NCBI GenBank assembly: GCA_045837725.1
Contig: JBEWZL010000030.1
Coordinates: forward strand, 434,001 to 498,000
Origin: Vermamoeba vermiformis
Lineage: Eukaryota
DNA length: 64,000 nt
Direction of reading: 5' to 3'
Shown here: positions 27,437 through 39,705 of the stretch, one piece after another
How positions within the stretch are numbered: position 1 is the stretch's first letter
Layout of the letters: each line of letters starts with the position of its first letter
Position numbers and translations under genes: made by a program
Notes under the pieces: generated by a model
The model's input: the letters and a program-made list of their open reading frames with translations, nothing else
What the model was told of the DNA's origin: nothing
Database searches by the model: none

Positions 27437-27681
27437 CACGATAAGTTGAATCAATTAATGTTAAACTAATGAACCTGCCTTAACTTATTAATATAACCGA
27501 CTAAATATGTCACTGGTTCACCGAAATTCGCCTAAAATAGCCGAAAGTCAGGCCCGACCTCCAGCTACAATTAATGCCTCGAAGAGTTATAAAAACTAGC
27601 AATATACAATAATATGGTATTATTTACAATCGATACGCTATTTAATACAAGGTAAGTCTAACGGATTTAGCTTTAGCTTTT

Positions 27682-29315
27682 TTAGATGTTGTCCTCGTCC
27701 TCCACAACGGCATTAATGAAGTTAATCACCTCGCGATGAAATTCTTCGAACTTTTCAAACTGACAGACGTGGCCTGCGCCTTTAATCACCACAATCTTTG
27801 AATGATCGCCCTTCAATGCTGCTTGGAACTTTTCTTGCGAGAATCTAAAGTCAAATGGCGATCCATTAGTAAATAATGCTTAAATAGTAATAAAGCGAGA
27901 TTAATTAGCCATCGTACGAGTAAATAAAGCCAATGAATAAATTCAAAATTTCGGATCAAGATCTGCGCGAATAAATTTGGATCTCTAGAGTGTTGTAATA
28001 GTATATCACCACGTACCGCATATCTTTCTCTCCTGAAATCATCAATTTAGGAATAGTAGGCACGCCTAAGCACTCTGAACTGTATTCTGGTGTCGGATCC
28101 ATCATGAGAGCAGTACAATCGAGCCACATGTCCATATCCATGTGACTTCTGAATAGAGCGTCTTTCATAAGCTACATATATATTAATACGATATAGTTGC
28201 TTAATTTATCGTTGTTTGAAGACTTACTGGAAATGCCTCCTTGGAATAGTTCCAAGTGTAGCGGTATTCATACGCGCGAGGCGTCAATTTGTAAATAATA
28301 TTGGCTGTGTTACTCATCATCTTCAACTCTATAATTATAATATTAATATAGCGCTGATAGCAAAGTATTTTTGGAGCGCATCTGCTAACTTACTTATCGG
28401 AGTCCATTCGTTCAAAGCAGCGTCCATAATAGCACCTCGTACTAAATGAGGATACTCTTTACATAGAGCCATCGTTACGTAAGCACCCATTGAATGGCCG
28501 TAAACAAATGCTCTTTTTTCGGGCACTTGTTGTTCGATCACATCCACTACTGTCCGTAAAGCGGATTCGCGAGTCAATTTTTCTCCACGACGAGATCCTA
28601 AACCGGGTAACTCAACGCTAATAACGCGGTAGCGTTTAGAGAGTTCTTTGAGCGACGGCAAACAGCCCATCCGAGTCGTCATTGCTCCAGAAATCAAAAC
28701 GACGGTGACTTCCGCTTTGGTAGGTCCAGCAATATCAACTGATAATATAGAGGTTAATTGGAATTCGTCCACGAACAAATTTCAGAAATTGAAATGTTTT
28801 TTCAAATAAATTGCGGTGAACTGGTGCGGATTGAGCATGAAACGGTAAAAATAGCTAATTAAAGTACGTACAGTGTCTAGTATAATCCAAATTAGAATAT
28901 CTCTTCAAGCAATCGTCGCAAACACGTTGTGGAACGTCATAGTCGAAGTTGTCTGATCCAAACGTCATTACGTTAAACAACCGATTTTTCAGTAACGAAG
29001 TAAATATTAAATTATTATTATAATACGCGCATAGAACAAAATTACATGGATTAACAAATTCTAAGGTTTACAAGTTGCAGATTTGGTATTTTTCTAATTT
29101 CATGAAGCGAAACAAAGAAAATAAGAGGTATAGTTACCTGGCAATAATATAAAGACATCAGCACATGTTTTGCAAAATATAAAGCCGCACGCCATGCAGT
29201 GGTATTTAATCGAGAAGAATCCAAACTCGGATTTGCATCGATTGCATTTGTCGGCCTTGCTCTTCTCTTGAAGCACTGGCTTTACTCTTCCTATTATAAC
29301 AGGTCCTTGTTCCAT
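27682..29315 (-). CDS. FYVE-like zinc finger fused to an alpha/beta hydrolase
   Basis: CNRC..KYHCMACGFIFCKTC..RVCDDC. Hydrolase motifs ELPGLG, GHSMG (nucleophile), GEKD and GAGH. Confidence 0.85.
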
Positions 29316-29414
29316 CTTGTGTTGTGCTTCTTTTTCGTGAAAGTTTTAAAATCAAACCGCGCCATCCAGTTCGTTAGTATTATTTTTGTAACGGAATGGT
29401 AAACATATGACGGA

Positions 29415-32402
29415 ATGACCGAGGAACCTAAGGAGACTAGTCAAGGAGTTAAGCGCAAAGAGGCTCCTGAATTGGGTGAGGATCTGCCCGTTAGTCCTGT
29501 CAAAGTAAGTTTTTTCGACGATCGTCGGTCAGATCGCGCCAAAAAAATCTATCGAAATATTAAGCAAATAAATAATACATATATAATATATTATATTTAT
29601 GATATTCATTATTTGATCGATAATTATTAGCCGGTAACTAATATTCTAATTATTATTTTTTTGATCGCGAAGAAATTAAAAGAAACTCATGAAGGCGATA
29701 ATATCCAAAAATTCGTAGAAATAAAACAAGAGCCACAACAAATACCAATTATAATAGAACCTCCACCGATACCAGACCCAATTGCCACATCCGCATCTCC
29801 AAAACCTTTAGATGCAGTTACACCACCCCAACCAACAAATATACCACCCACAAATACAGAACCGCCTATTATACAGCAATCAGCACCAGTTCCACGAGCT
29901 GAACAGCCTCAGAATCGAATATTATCGAGCGACGAAGAAAAAGAATTATTAGAGCAATTACAAAATCAAGAAAAATCCAATCCTGTATTAGCACGATTTC
30001 GGAGGAAATTGGCAATACGACAGGTATGATTATATGACCATATATAATATTTATTTTGATTTAAATAATTTTTTTGGATCACGATTGACGTTAGGCCGAT
30101 CCCGCACAAATTTATCGATAATTATAATATTAAATCATCTATAATTATACTCGTGCAATAGTATACTTAGATTTTAGAAAATTAGAGCTATTTTTAAATA
30201 ACAAAATTATTCCAAAATAGGCAAAGAGGAGTCAAGGCCACGAAGACAAAATTTTTGATTTGGAGCAATTAATTACAACATATACCAACACTACGGAGAA
30301 AAAAGAACGAAGATTAGTTCAATTTTATCCTAAGAAACAGATCTACAATTATCTCAAGTCAATGCCGTCCCCGAAAAAACTCAAATCGAGCAGCAATGGC
30401 CCTGCAAATGTGAATATAGCGAGCAATGGTAGTATAGGCCATAGCCATGCGATTGCGATTAAAAAAGAACACGATCCAAATAAGAAACCGATCGCGAGTG
30501 TCACGGGAACTGGCAACATCAGTGCCATCAAGCCTATTGTTCCGCCGACGACAGTAGCGACAGGATTGGCTGTCAATGTCAAGCCCAGCACGTCCAACAA
30601 CACGAATGTCATTGCTCGTCAAGCCACTGCGACACCCATCGGCGTCAAAGTACCCGGATCCAACGCCATCAGTACGTCTCACAAAAATCCATAATATTCA
30701 TTCAAATAGCATATTATAATCATATCCAATATATATATTATACTATTAGTGTTTATATTGGTGTTAATGTGATTTTAATGTGTGTTTAGGTATCACGAAC
30801 CAAGCGTACATTACAAGTGCCGGCAAGACACCAATTTTGATTCCAGGACTCAAGCCTGGCACAGGTGTCTTGGCTGGCAATGTAGTCACCGCTGGCATGC
30901 TCACTGGTGGTATAGTCAAAGGTGCTGGTAATAGTAAGTTGATCAAACATGACCGGATCCACAACATTTTTTTTCCTTCCATCGAAATTTCAGTAATAGG
31001 CGTTATCCTATTGGTTAAATATCACGTGCTAATTGTTATTTTGCAGCGCCGATTGCGGTGCGAGTGCAAGGTCCCGGCACAACGCAAGTGCAAGCAGTGA
31101 CAGTGCCCAATGCTCTGCCTAAAGGCAACATTGCAGTGGTGCCCGTGCAAGTGCCCAAAACAGGCACGAAAGTCATCACACCGATCTCCGTGCCCAAGCT
31201 CTCCACGCAAGCCATCACAGCGCAGCAGTTGATTATGAACCCTAAGTTGGGCCAAGGTGCCACGCCAGTCCAATTGAAGCCCGTGACTTTGACAGCGGCC
31301 AACGCAAAGATGTTGGCGGGCGTGGTCAAGAACCCGAACGCCGTGGCAATTCCCAAAACAGGAAATGTCGTGGCGGTGGCTGGGTACCCGACAATCACAA
31401 CGGCCAATGGGAAAAATCCAGGGCCTACCACGGGCCAAGTCATTACTGTTGGCGGAAGAACAGCCGTTGTGGTGCCAGTCTCCGCGGCTAAATTAGGCCA
31501 AGCGATGCCTAATGTCAACAAGCCAGGCACCACGACAGCCAGCGTGTTGAGTCCGACTGGCCGCGGTACAGCCATCGCAATCAGTCCGTCAACTGCCTCA
31601 GCTATTGCAGCCGTGACGGGTGTCGCACCGCCAGGGGGTATCAAGGGCCAGCCAACACCTGCGTCAGTCAAGACAGTGCCGATAATCCAAGCCGCACTCG
31701 CCAAGACCGCCGTGCAGTCCGCAGTGCCCGTGCCAACCACTGCTGCTCCCAAACAAATCGCCATTCAGCCCAAGACCGCCACACCCGTGCCATTGGCTCC
31801 CAAACCCACGCCCATCGCACCGAATGTCAAATCACCCGTGCCCGTGACACCTGTCACTGTGACACCTGTCATCAGCCAACCAATCCCCGCGACAGCCGCA
31901 CCTGCCGTCAATCCAGCCACAACCAACACGAATGTAGACCATACTAAGCCCGCTGAAGCCTCAGCAACGAATACCAATGTCACGTCTAAGCCCGAAAGTG
32001 CGACCAATTCACCCACGACCACGACAAAAACTACCCGCCAAATTACTGCCAAAGCCACTGCCCCGACACCAGCGACTAGTGCCGCTAATCAAACTGAGAA
32101 TAAGAGCGATGCTGATAAGCCCGAGCAGTGACAAAAAGGCACCTGCTGCAGCGTCGAAAAAAGAAGCGCCGAAAGGGAAAGCGACTAGTGCCGCAGCTGC
32201 AAAGAAAAATAATGCAAAGACTGCGAGTGAAGAGAAAGAAAAAGAAGAGAAAGAAGAACAGTCTAACAATAACGACAACGAAGATGACACGGAGTCACCG
32301 TCACGGCGAAGAACAACGCGATCATCTGCGGCTAAAGCTGCGCCTGCTGCCAGTGCTGCGCCCAAAAAAGGAAACAGCAAGGCTAAAAAAGGCAAAAAAT
32401 AA
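29415..32402 (+). CDS. Low-complexity T/P/A/V-rich probably nuclear protein with a KAT14/CSRP2BP-like helical motif; apparent frameshift near 32120
   Basis: Spliced motif EEKELLEQL..LARFRRKLAIRQAKRSQG...IFDLEQ. Long exon from 31047 stops at 32131, and a K/A/E-rich frame continues to 32402. Confidence 0.65.
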
Positions 32403-32719
32403 TATTTTTGTAAATAAGTTAAAAATAAACGACCTGTACTGTAATTAATTGAAACCAAAAGCTTATGTTATATATTAAAAGAGGCTTAGTATTTCGATTT
32501 CAATCATTTTTTTATTTACAATTTTCAAAAAAGAAGTGACAATTATTCATAAATTCAAAATAAGAAAATTATGTTTCTTTCTTTACATGGCCGTCAACTT
32601 CTTCTTTTTTTCTTTTTTTACGTCAATTCCTTCTTCTTCTATTATTCCTATGTGACATTGAACTATATTACATTATTTAAAAATTTGCTTTGATTTTTTT
32701 TTTGGTCGATCCAGATCCG

Positions 32720-34947
32720 CTAACTATCGCTATCACTGCTATCGCTGCTGTCACTACTATCACTACTATCACTACTATCATCATCGTTCATCATTGCAGC
32801 GGCATTGATCGCCTGTGTAGTCGTATTCGTCGGTTGTGAACTGAAATCCAGTGGATCGAGCACATCCATCGGATCCGCTGGTTGTGGCTGTGCCCCAACA
32901 TCTTCCATATGCTGATCATTGCTATTATTGTTATGGGCTGGTTCAGGCGGTGGGATATAATCAAAGCTCATGATATCTCCCGCTGTCAGTTCACTCTCCT
33001 TGGTGCCACTGCCGTGCTCGTTGTTGCCGTTAAAATTGTTGTCCACGTGCGCCGTGTCATTGTCGCTCGATCCGTTCGAATGGCTGTTCTCGAGTTCATC
33101 TCCCAAAAGTTTCGCAAAGTCTTCAAGTTCCGCGTCTTCGTTCGTCTTTTTCTTTCCCCGGCCGTACGCACTGAGAGTTTTTCCGCCTCGTTTCGGATGT
33201 GCGGCCGGTTGTTTCGTCTTGGCGCCGCGTCCTTTGGCGGGTTTGGGCGCAGGAGCTGTTTCTTTCTTTTTGCTCGCCGTGCTGGCCTCGGGCGGTGAGA
33301 CACTTGAGTGCGAGTTGACCGTGCCTGGTGGTGTCTGCACGGACTGTGGGGTCGTTGGTTCTGCCCCGCCCGGCGGTGTGATTGGTGGTTCTATAAATAG
33401 ATCACATTAATCGCCCGTCACTGTCATAAAAAAATCTCTCAAACATCACGTGTCAAAAATTTTTCACACAAGATCCGAACACCATGATATCTCGATTGAT
33501 AATTACAATTATCTCATATTAAATATTATTATAGAATATATATAACTTACTTCCATCTGCGCCATGTGCCCCTGGAACTCTGAGCTTGATCCGAACCTGT
33601 GTAAAAATTACGTGTCAATTACAGTGTGAAAGATAGTCGAATGGTTAGGGCGCGAATGATTTCCATAAAAGGCAATAGAATTCAATTCTCGGACGTACTC
33701 CACCAGCCTTTTTCGTGCTCGAGTCAGGCGTGACAGGTTGACCCCCTGCATTCGGCGACGACCCCGCGCTGTTAGTATACGGATTATTGGGCTGCACGAG
33801 TGTGCCTTGTACTGTCCCCGTCGATGCCGCGACAGCACTGTGCTGCACGGACTTGAGTGCCGAGGCTGTGCTGCATTTAATTTGTTCCAACCGCATCGTG
33901 CCCGTCGTACTGTCAAACACGAGAATGCATTCGTTTTTGGCTGAATCATCGCACGTGCCATCAAAATGCTTAGGCTCGCCCTGGTTATGACGTTAGACAA
34001 TGTTTCCTAAAAAGGAAATTGCGTTCATGAAAGAAAAAGTTTTGCAAAGTTAGGGTTGGAAAGATCTAGTAAATTCAAACTTGCCGAAACTAATAGAGAT
34101 ATAGTTATATATTTATAATATAGTATAATAGAAGCGCAATATTATTATTTGCAAATTATTGTATTATTCATAAGAGCAGTTAAGATCCAAGATTACTTAA
34201 TGTATGGACACGAATTAAAATTGACCTAATCTTTCGTTATTTAATTAATTATTAAATAATAATATGATATATATGATTATTAAGGCTCAATATTTAATAG
34301 AAAAATTATTCCGATTTGATTTTTGAACGGGATCATGATTTTAGCGAATTACCGAAGCTTCCAACGATAAAAAAATTAAGTAGAGTATAAAGTATATGGA
34401 GTATATATATATATTTCAGTATTAATTGGATTAAGCTTTGCAGTCATCGAAAATTAATAATTTGTGGCAAGATCGAGTGATTACGATTTTAGCGGGAAGA
34501 ATTTTGTCTTGTATTATTGATTATTACTATAATTATATTATTACCTGACTAGTTTGATACTGCAAATTAATATGCCGATCACTGTTACGCCGTAGTACTG
34601 CTGGTTTTGAAAAATCAACGGATTCAGGAATAAAGCCAACTAAAAAAATCGTTAGTTCGCGTCAATAATAGGCGTAATATTATACTTAATATTAATAGAA
34701 ATATTAGAAAATATTGCTGCGGCAAAAATGAATTTGCGCCTAAAAATTAATTTCAGATTTGATAAAAAAATCAAAAAATTTCTGCCCGACTAAATAAATA
34801 ACTATTCTTATTAATAAATCTGCACTACTCACATTGTAGTGAATAATATCCTGATTCTTGCGGGTTCAAAAAACTTTCGCCAAGCTCGATCTTGTATTCG
34901 ACTCCATCTTGAATGAGAGCAGTTCCATTGCTTTCATTGCTGCTCAT
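32720..34947 (-). CDS. EAF: ELL-associated factor (EAF) family protein
   Basis: YKIELGESF, FGFIPESVD, FDG..NECILVFDSTTGTMRLEQI and an acidic S/D-rich tail. A further small 3' exon near 32585-32647 is possible. Confidence 0.85.
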
Positions 34948-35355
34948 GGTATAAATAGGGATATATAAATAATACTAATATTACATGTACAACTAATATA
35001 CGATTAATTTTGGCTGTGTTTCTCTGATCGACAAGCAACAACAAAAAATATTCAGCTCAAGTCTTAACCTCATTTCAACTTTGAGAAATTCTTAAAGAAC
35101 CTACATACGACTATATTAATGTCTCTCTAAACCGGTTGCAAGCCGATCTGAACGGATGTACTGCCAGAAATACGGCGAATGCTCAGCTAAATTAGATTTC
35201 CCTTCCCTACTCTCTTCCCAATAAATTACCGTTGGAGTCCGTGCATTGTTGTACGGACGAAGGTATGCCGTGGTTGGATGGCCTGTTGCCGTTCATGAAA
35301 AGAAAGCGTTGGACTTTTTCTTTGTTTTCAACTAGATCGACGTACAAATAGCACA

Positions 35356-37807
35356 ATGGAGGCCTCTTTTATTATTAATGTTGGTAGTTATGAGAAAGCT
35401 CTCTACGGATATGACGCAATGTTCAATCCGAACTACGCGAACCAGCAAAAACTCAAATCCAAAGGACAAATGAAAGATGAGGTCGAAGAGTTCAAATTCT
35501 TATTGAGACCTATTTATGCTTATATGCCACACACTGGCTGCATTAAAGTCTTGGCTTCAAACGAAAAATATCTCGCATCCGCTTCTACTGACGAGATGAT
35601 CAAGTAAGAAAAATTAAATAATGAAATATTATGCGTTATCACGCCTATAATACGATTTACGATCACGCAAATAATATTATCCATATTTATTATGAATTTT
35701 TAACGTTTATCGATACGATTTTTGGATACGATCCGGATCTGATCGCATTTTATTCGTTAGAATTTACGACTTGACGAAGAGAGTCGAAGTAGGTTCATTA
35801 ACACAGCATGAAGGTAAATATATGACCAATATTACCATTATTCGATCGATTTTATGTTCGAGAAATATTTTGGATCGGATTTGCTCGTTAACGAGGAACA
35901 AATTAATTGCTTAAAATATTCCTAAATAATACTCACATATTAATACTATATAGGTATGGTTACTGCTATGCAATTTTGGAAGAACAAATACTTGTTTACC
36001 GCGAGCATGGATGGAACTGTCTGTGTTTGGGTAACTAAGGACTGGGACATCGTTCAAATACTGAAACATAAGTAAGTTATATATGCATATTAATTTATCC
36101 CATAATTTCTCGCGCGGCGAATAATTGGTGGGAGATCTGATCCACACCGCGCAAAAAATTCGAAAATTTGACATGATGAAAAATGAATTCCTCGTTCCGA
36201 AGATGTAAAGGTGGATAATTCATTATCTGATTACAACAATGCATATATTTTTGCTCAAAAACGCAATGTAGCAAATTTATTTTTTTATCGATCGGATTCG
36301 CCGATCCAAAATCCGGATCTTACTTCAATTTTTTGTATTGCAATTTGTCTAATGTTATTACTTATGCATAGGGCACCTATTCTTGCGATGGCTGTTCATC
36401 CTTCAGGCAAATTGTGTCTTACTGCAGGAAACGATAAAAAAATGAAGTTGTGGGACTTACAAACAGGCAACTGCGCCTCAACTATGCCTTTAGAACACGG
36501 TAAATATCATAATATAATATATATATATATGCATAGCATTCTTAAGCTAATTTATCGCCATTTAGATCCCGATCTTGTGATGTGGTCTCCAGCCGGCGAA
36601 ACTTTTGCCGTTGTAATTAATCAACAAGTCTTAATATATTCCGCTAAGGTATGTATATATATTATAGACTTAGTATAATAATATATTCTAACGATTGAAC
36701 GGTTAGACGGGCAAAGTCATTAATACCATTAAAGAACCGAAGAGAATTAACGCCATCGCTTATTTATCAGTAAGCATTGCTATAAATGTGTTATATGAGT
36801 GCTAATATATATTATATAGGAAAAAGTTTTGGCTTCTGGTGGTGAAAACAGACAGATCAATGTTTGGCAGATTTACGAAGGAACGAATCTGCACGTGTTG
36901 ACTGGTTTCGAGAACCGTATTAAGAATTTATTTGCTATTGATAAGCCCGAAGAACAGAAACAAAAGGATGCCAAGTATCCCTATTTGATTTCGACTAGCA
37001 GCGATTGCTCGGTCAAGATCTGGGATCTCGATGAATCAACTAAAGAATCAGTCGCTGAGACTTATATCGATGATAGTCGTATTACCTGTTTGACCTCCTC
37101 ATTCGTTGTTGGTAAGTTATGGCTCTGTACTTTCCTGAACAAAAACTAGATTCGGACCGATTTTTTAGATCGCTTAAAATCTTTTCAATAGACGTTCTGT
37201 GGCTTAATATATTATTACTTTCATAGATATGCAAGTTAAAGAGAAGAAAGAAGGCGAAGAAGACTCGTCAGATCTAAGCGAAGAAGTAAGCGAAGAAAAC
37301 AAAACTAAAAAGAACTCTAAGAAGCGAAAACGCGACCAATATGTCACCGTTGAGCAAGAAGAAGGTGATGAAGAGCAAGATGACGCTGAAGACGATGAAG
37401 ATAGCGCTGATCTCGACGACGAGGATGTGGATTCGGAGATGGAGGGTCAAGTTTTTGACGCTAAAGACGTTCCTGAGCTATTAGAAGATGAAAATAGCGA
37501 AGGTGATGGCAATGGAGATGATGGAGATGATAATAATGACGATGAGGACGATGAGGAAGAAGAGATCGAGCAACCAAAAAAGATCCAGAAAAAAGTCAAG
37601 GACTTTGACGTAAAGAAGCAAAATAAGGCTAATAACAAACAAAATAAGCAGAATAACAAGGCTAAGAAGCAAAACGTCCCCGCAAACAATAATAACCAGA
37701 AAAAGAAGGTCGTTCAACATGCCGATCAAGCGAAACAAAATAACAACAAAAAGCAAGCTCCGACCAATCAAGGCAAGCCACTCAAAGGAATTTTGAAGAA
37801 AAAATAA
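35356..37807 (+). CDS. PAK1IP1: PAK1IP1/Mak11 WD40 60S biogenesis factor
   Basis: INVGSYEKALYG, YLASASTDEMIKIYDL, AVHPSGKLCLT, ENRIK, LISTSSD and an acidic/lysine-rich tail. Confidence 0.92.
36168..36235 (+). ncRNA. Candidate intronic box C/D snoRNA guiding 18S rRNA 2'-O-methylation
   Basis: In PAK1IP1 intron 36072-36371: C box ATGATGA 36173-36179, D' CCGA 36197-36200, D CTGA 36227-36230. GAATTCCTCGTT (36185-36196) is the reverse complement of the conserved 18S segment AACGAGGAATTC. Confidence 0.75.
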
Positions 37808-38011
37808 ATCGCTTGCCATCTTTAGTAATCTCGCGCAAATACCAGACGTTGACCGAAAAGTTGTTGAAACAAAAAACCGAATTGAATTTAATTTTCTTCT
37901 CTTCACACATCAACCATTCATTCATAAAATAAGCTTTTTTTGGTACGACGTCAGGTTTAATCCTTCAGGTAGAAACTCACTTCCGATCCAGATTCAGATC
38001 AAACTTTGAAG

Positions 38012-39590
38012 ATGAGCCACTCACCAAGCAACACTAGCATTGGGAAAAAACGATTAATTAACATACCAAACAATAAATACGAAAGGCCTAACAAACGTGC
38101 TAAACCTGCAAACGAGATTGGAACAAGGTTTGTATAAACTTAGCTCAAGCCTGAATTGCTCTTCACAGCAACTGTATTAGTACTAATTGTTACTTTAAAT
38201 AAATTGCTAATTTTTTCTTTATGTCAGACTCCTGACAACGGATTCAATTGCTGCATCCTGGGATTTAAACATAGCCTATGCATCTGCAAAGCAAATTTGT
38301 GGTTTTCCAGAGCAAGTCCCACAACTTCAGAAAGTAGTTGAAGTTGCAACAATGCTTGTAGTAAAAGAACTTGTTGTAACTTGTGGGACAAACCATTATT
38401 TTGTCACTCCACTGGGAACAATGTTACAACATGATATGAGGGACAAAGCGACCCTTACCTTAGAAGGACAGCATGGGGAGTATGACTGCTTTCTTTTGAA
38501 CCTTCAAAACTTGTCCAGCACTAAATTTAATCTGGTCTTCAATCACTATGGTAGATTTAAAACTCTGCAAATCATTTGCAGATCCAAGAAGGAGAGGTCT
38601 TATGAGGATGTAGACAAACCTCCAAAGTATGCTTTTGTATCAATAGATCAATCTCTTCTAACTCTATTGTCTTGCAGCTCCTCACTAGTAGTTAAAGAGC
38701 AACGTGGCCACAACTTGCTATTGTTGTGTCCTCCAAGCTTGTGGAAATGGTTTGAAGATTACCTACAACAATGCTATCCAGATGGTCAGTTTGCAGTGGA
38801 AGCTCATCAATTCATTAAAAGAGGTGCAAGAGTTAACTACAATGTGTACTTAGACTCAATTGAAAACATTGAGCCTACACACCTTGCAACAGCAATACCA
38901 GCAGCCACTGAAATTTTGATTTACCTGGAAAGTGAAGAGCAAGTTGAAGACATTCTCAATATTGGATCAATCAAAGGAGATGGCAAGTGGGAATTAAATT
39001 TTAACAGGAAAAAGTTTGATGTTAGTGCCAAAGTCATTAATGAAATGAAGGTAACAAGCTTCAATCAAGCTGTTCAGGTCAAGCTCAGACAAATTCATAT
39101 GATTCTTCAAATGCATGGAAAACTAGAAATGTCCATGGGATGCTTCATGGTGAAGAGAGGTTACCAAAATCGACAAAAGTTAGAAATTGGTTTTGCTGTG
39201 TGGAGTGGAGTGTTAATGCAAATAATGAAAACTATGGGCTGTTATTGTGCTATATTTGAAGCACAACCAGGCTTGCCACTAATTGATGTAGCAATTAGAA
39301 CAACTGCAGTACTTCGAGGCACCACTGTCACCACAACTGCAATGTCTATTGTTGGAAACTCAAACATTTCTGTGTTTTTTATGGCTCCAATCTCATTTCA
39401 ATGGCTGTATAATAACTGCTTCACCCACTTTGAACAAAAATTTGCTGTGCATGGCTTGAAGCTTAAGTCTCTTGGCCCCACAACAAGAAAGCATCTGGCT
39501 CAATTGATGAATACGGAGGTCAACAAGCCTTTTAGAGACAACCTGTTTGACTTGTACTGCAGGCTACATACCATTGATTGGAAATTATAA
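38012..39590 (+). CDS. Hypothetical protein, 2 exons, in a CpG-depleted island
   Basis: ATG 38012 exon splices in frame to the 412-aa ORF. No recognised domain. Confidence 0.65.
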
Positions 39591-39705
39591 ACAAAATACT
39601 TACTAGCTCACTGAACCTCCCTTTCTTCTTTCTTGGCTAAAACCAACCACCTTTGTCTTCAAGCCCAAACGTCAAGAAATAGTACTTTAATTTTTGAACC
39701 AAGAG

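Noticed and set aside
32129-32195. TGA-CAA readthrough or selenocysteine in the T/P-rich gene
   Set aside because: The in-frame extension is short and unremarkable, and the +1 frame explains the downstream sequence better.
32722-32785. 9-nt tandem repeat
   Set aside because: It encodes the SSD repeats of the EAF acidic tail, so it is not a CRISPR array or satellite.
35237-35258. 9-bp hairpin in the EAF/PAK1IP1 divergent promoter
   Set aside because: Too short to distinguish from chance.
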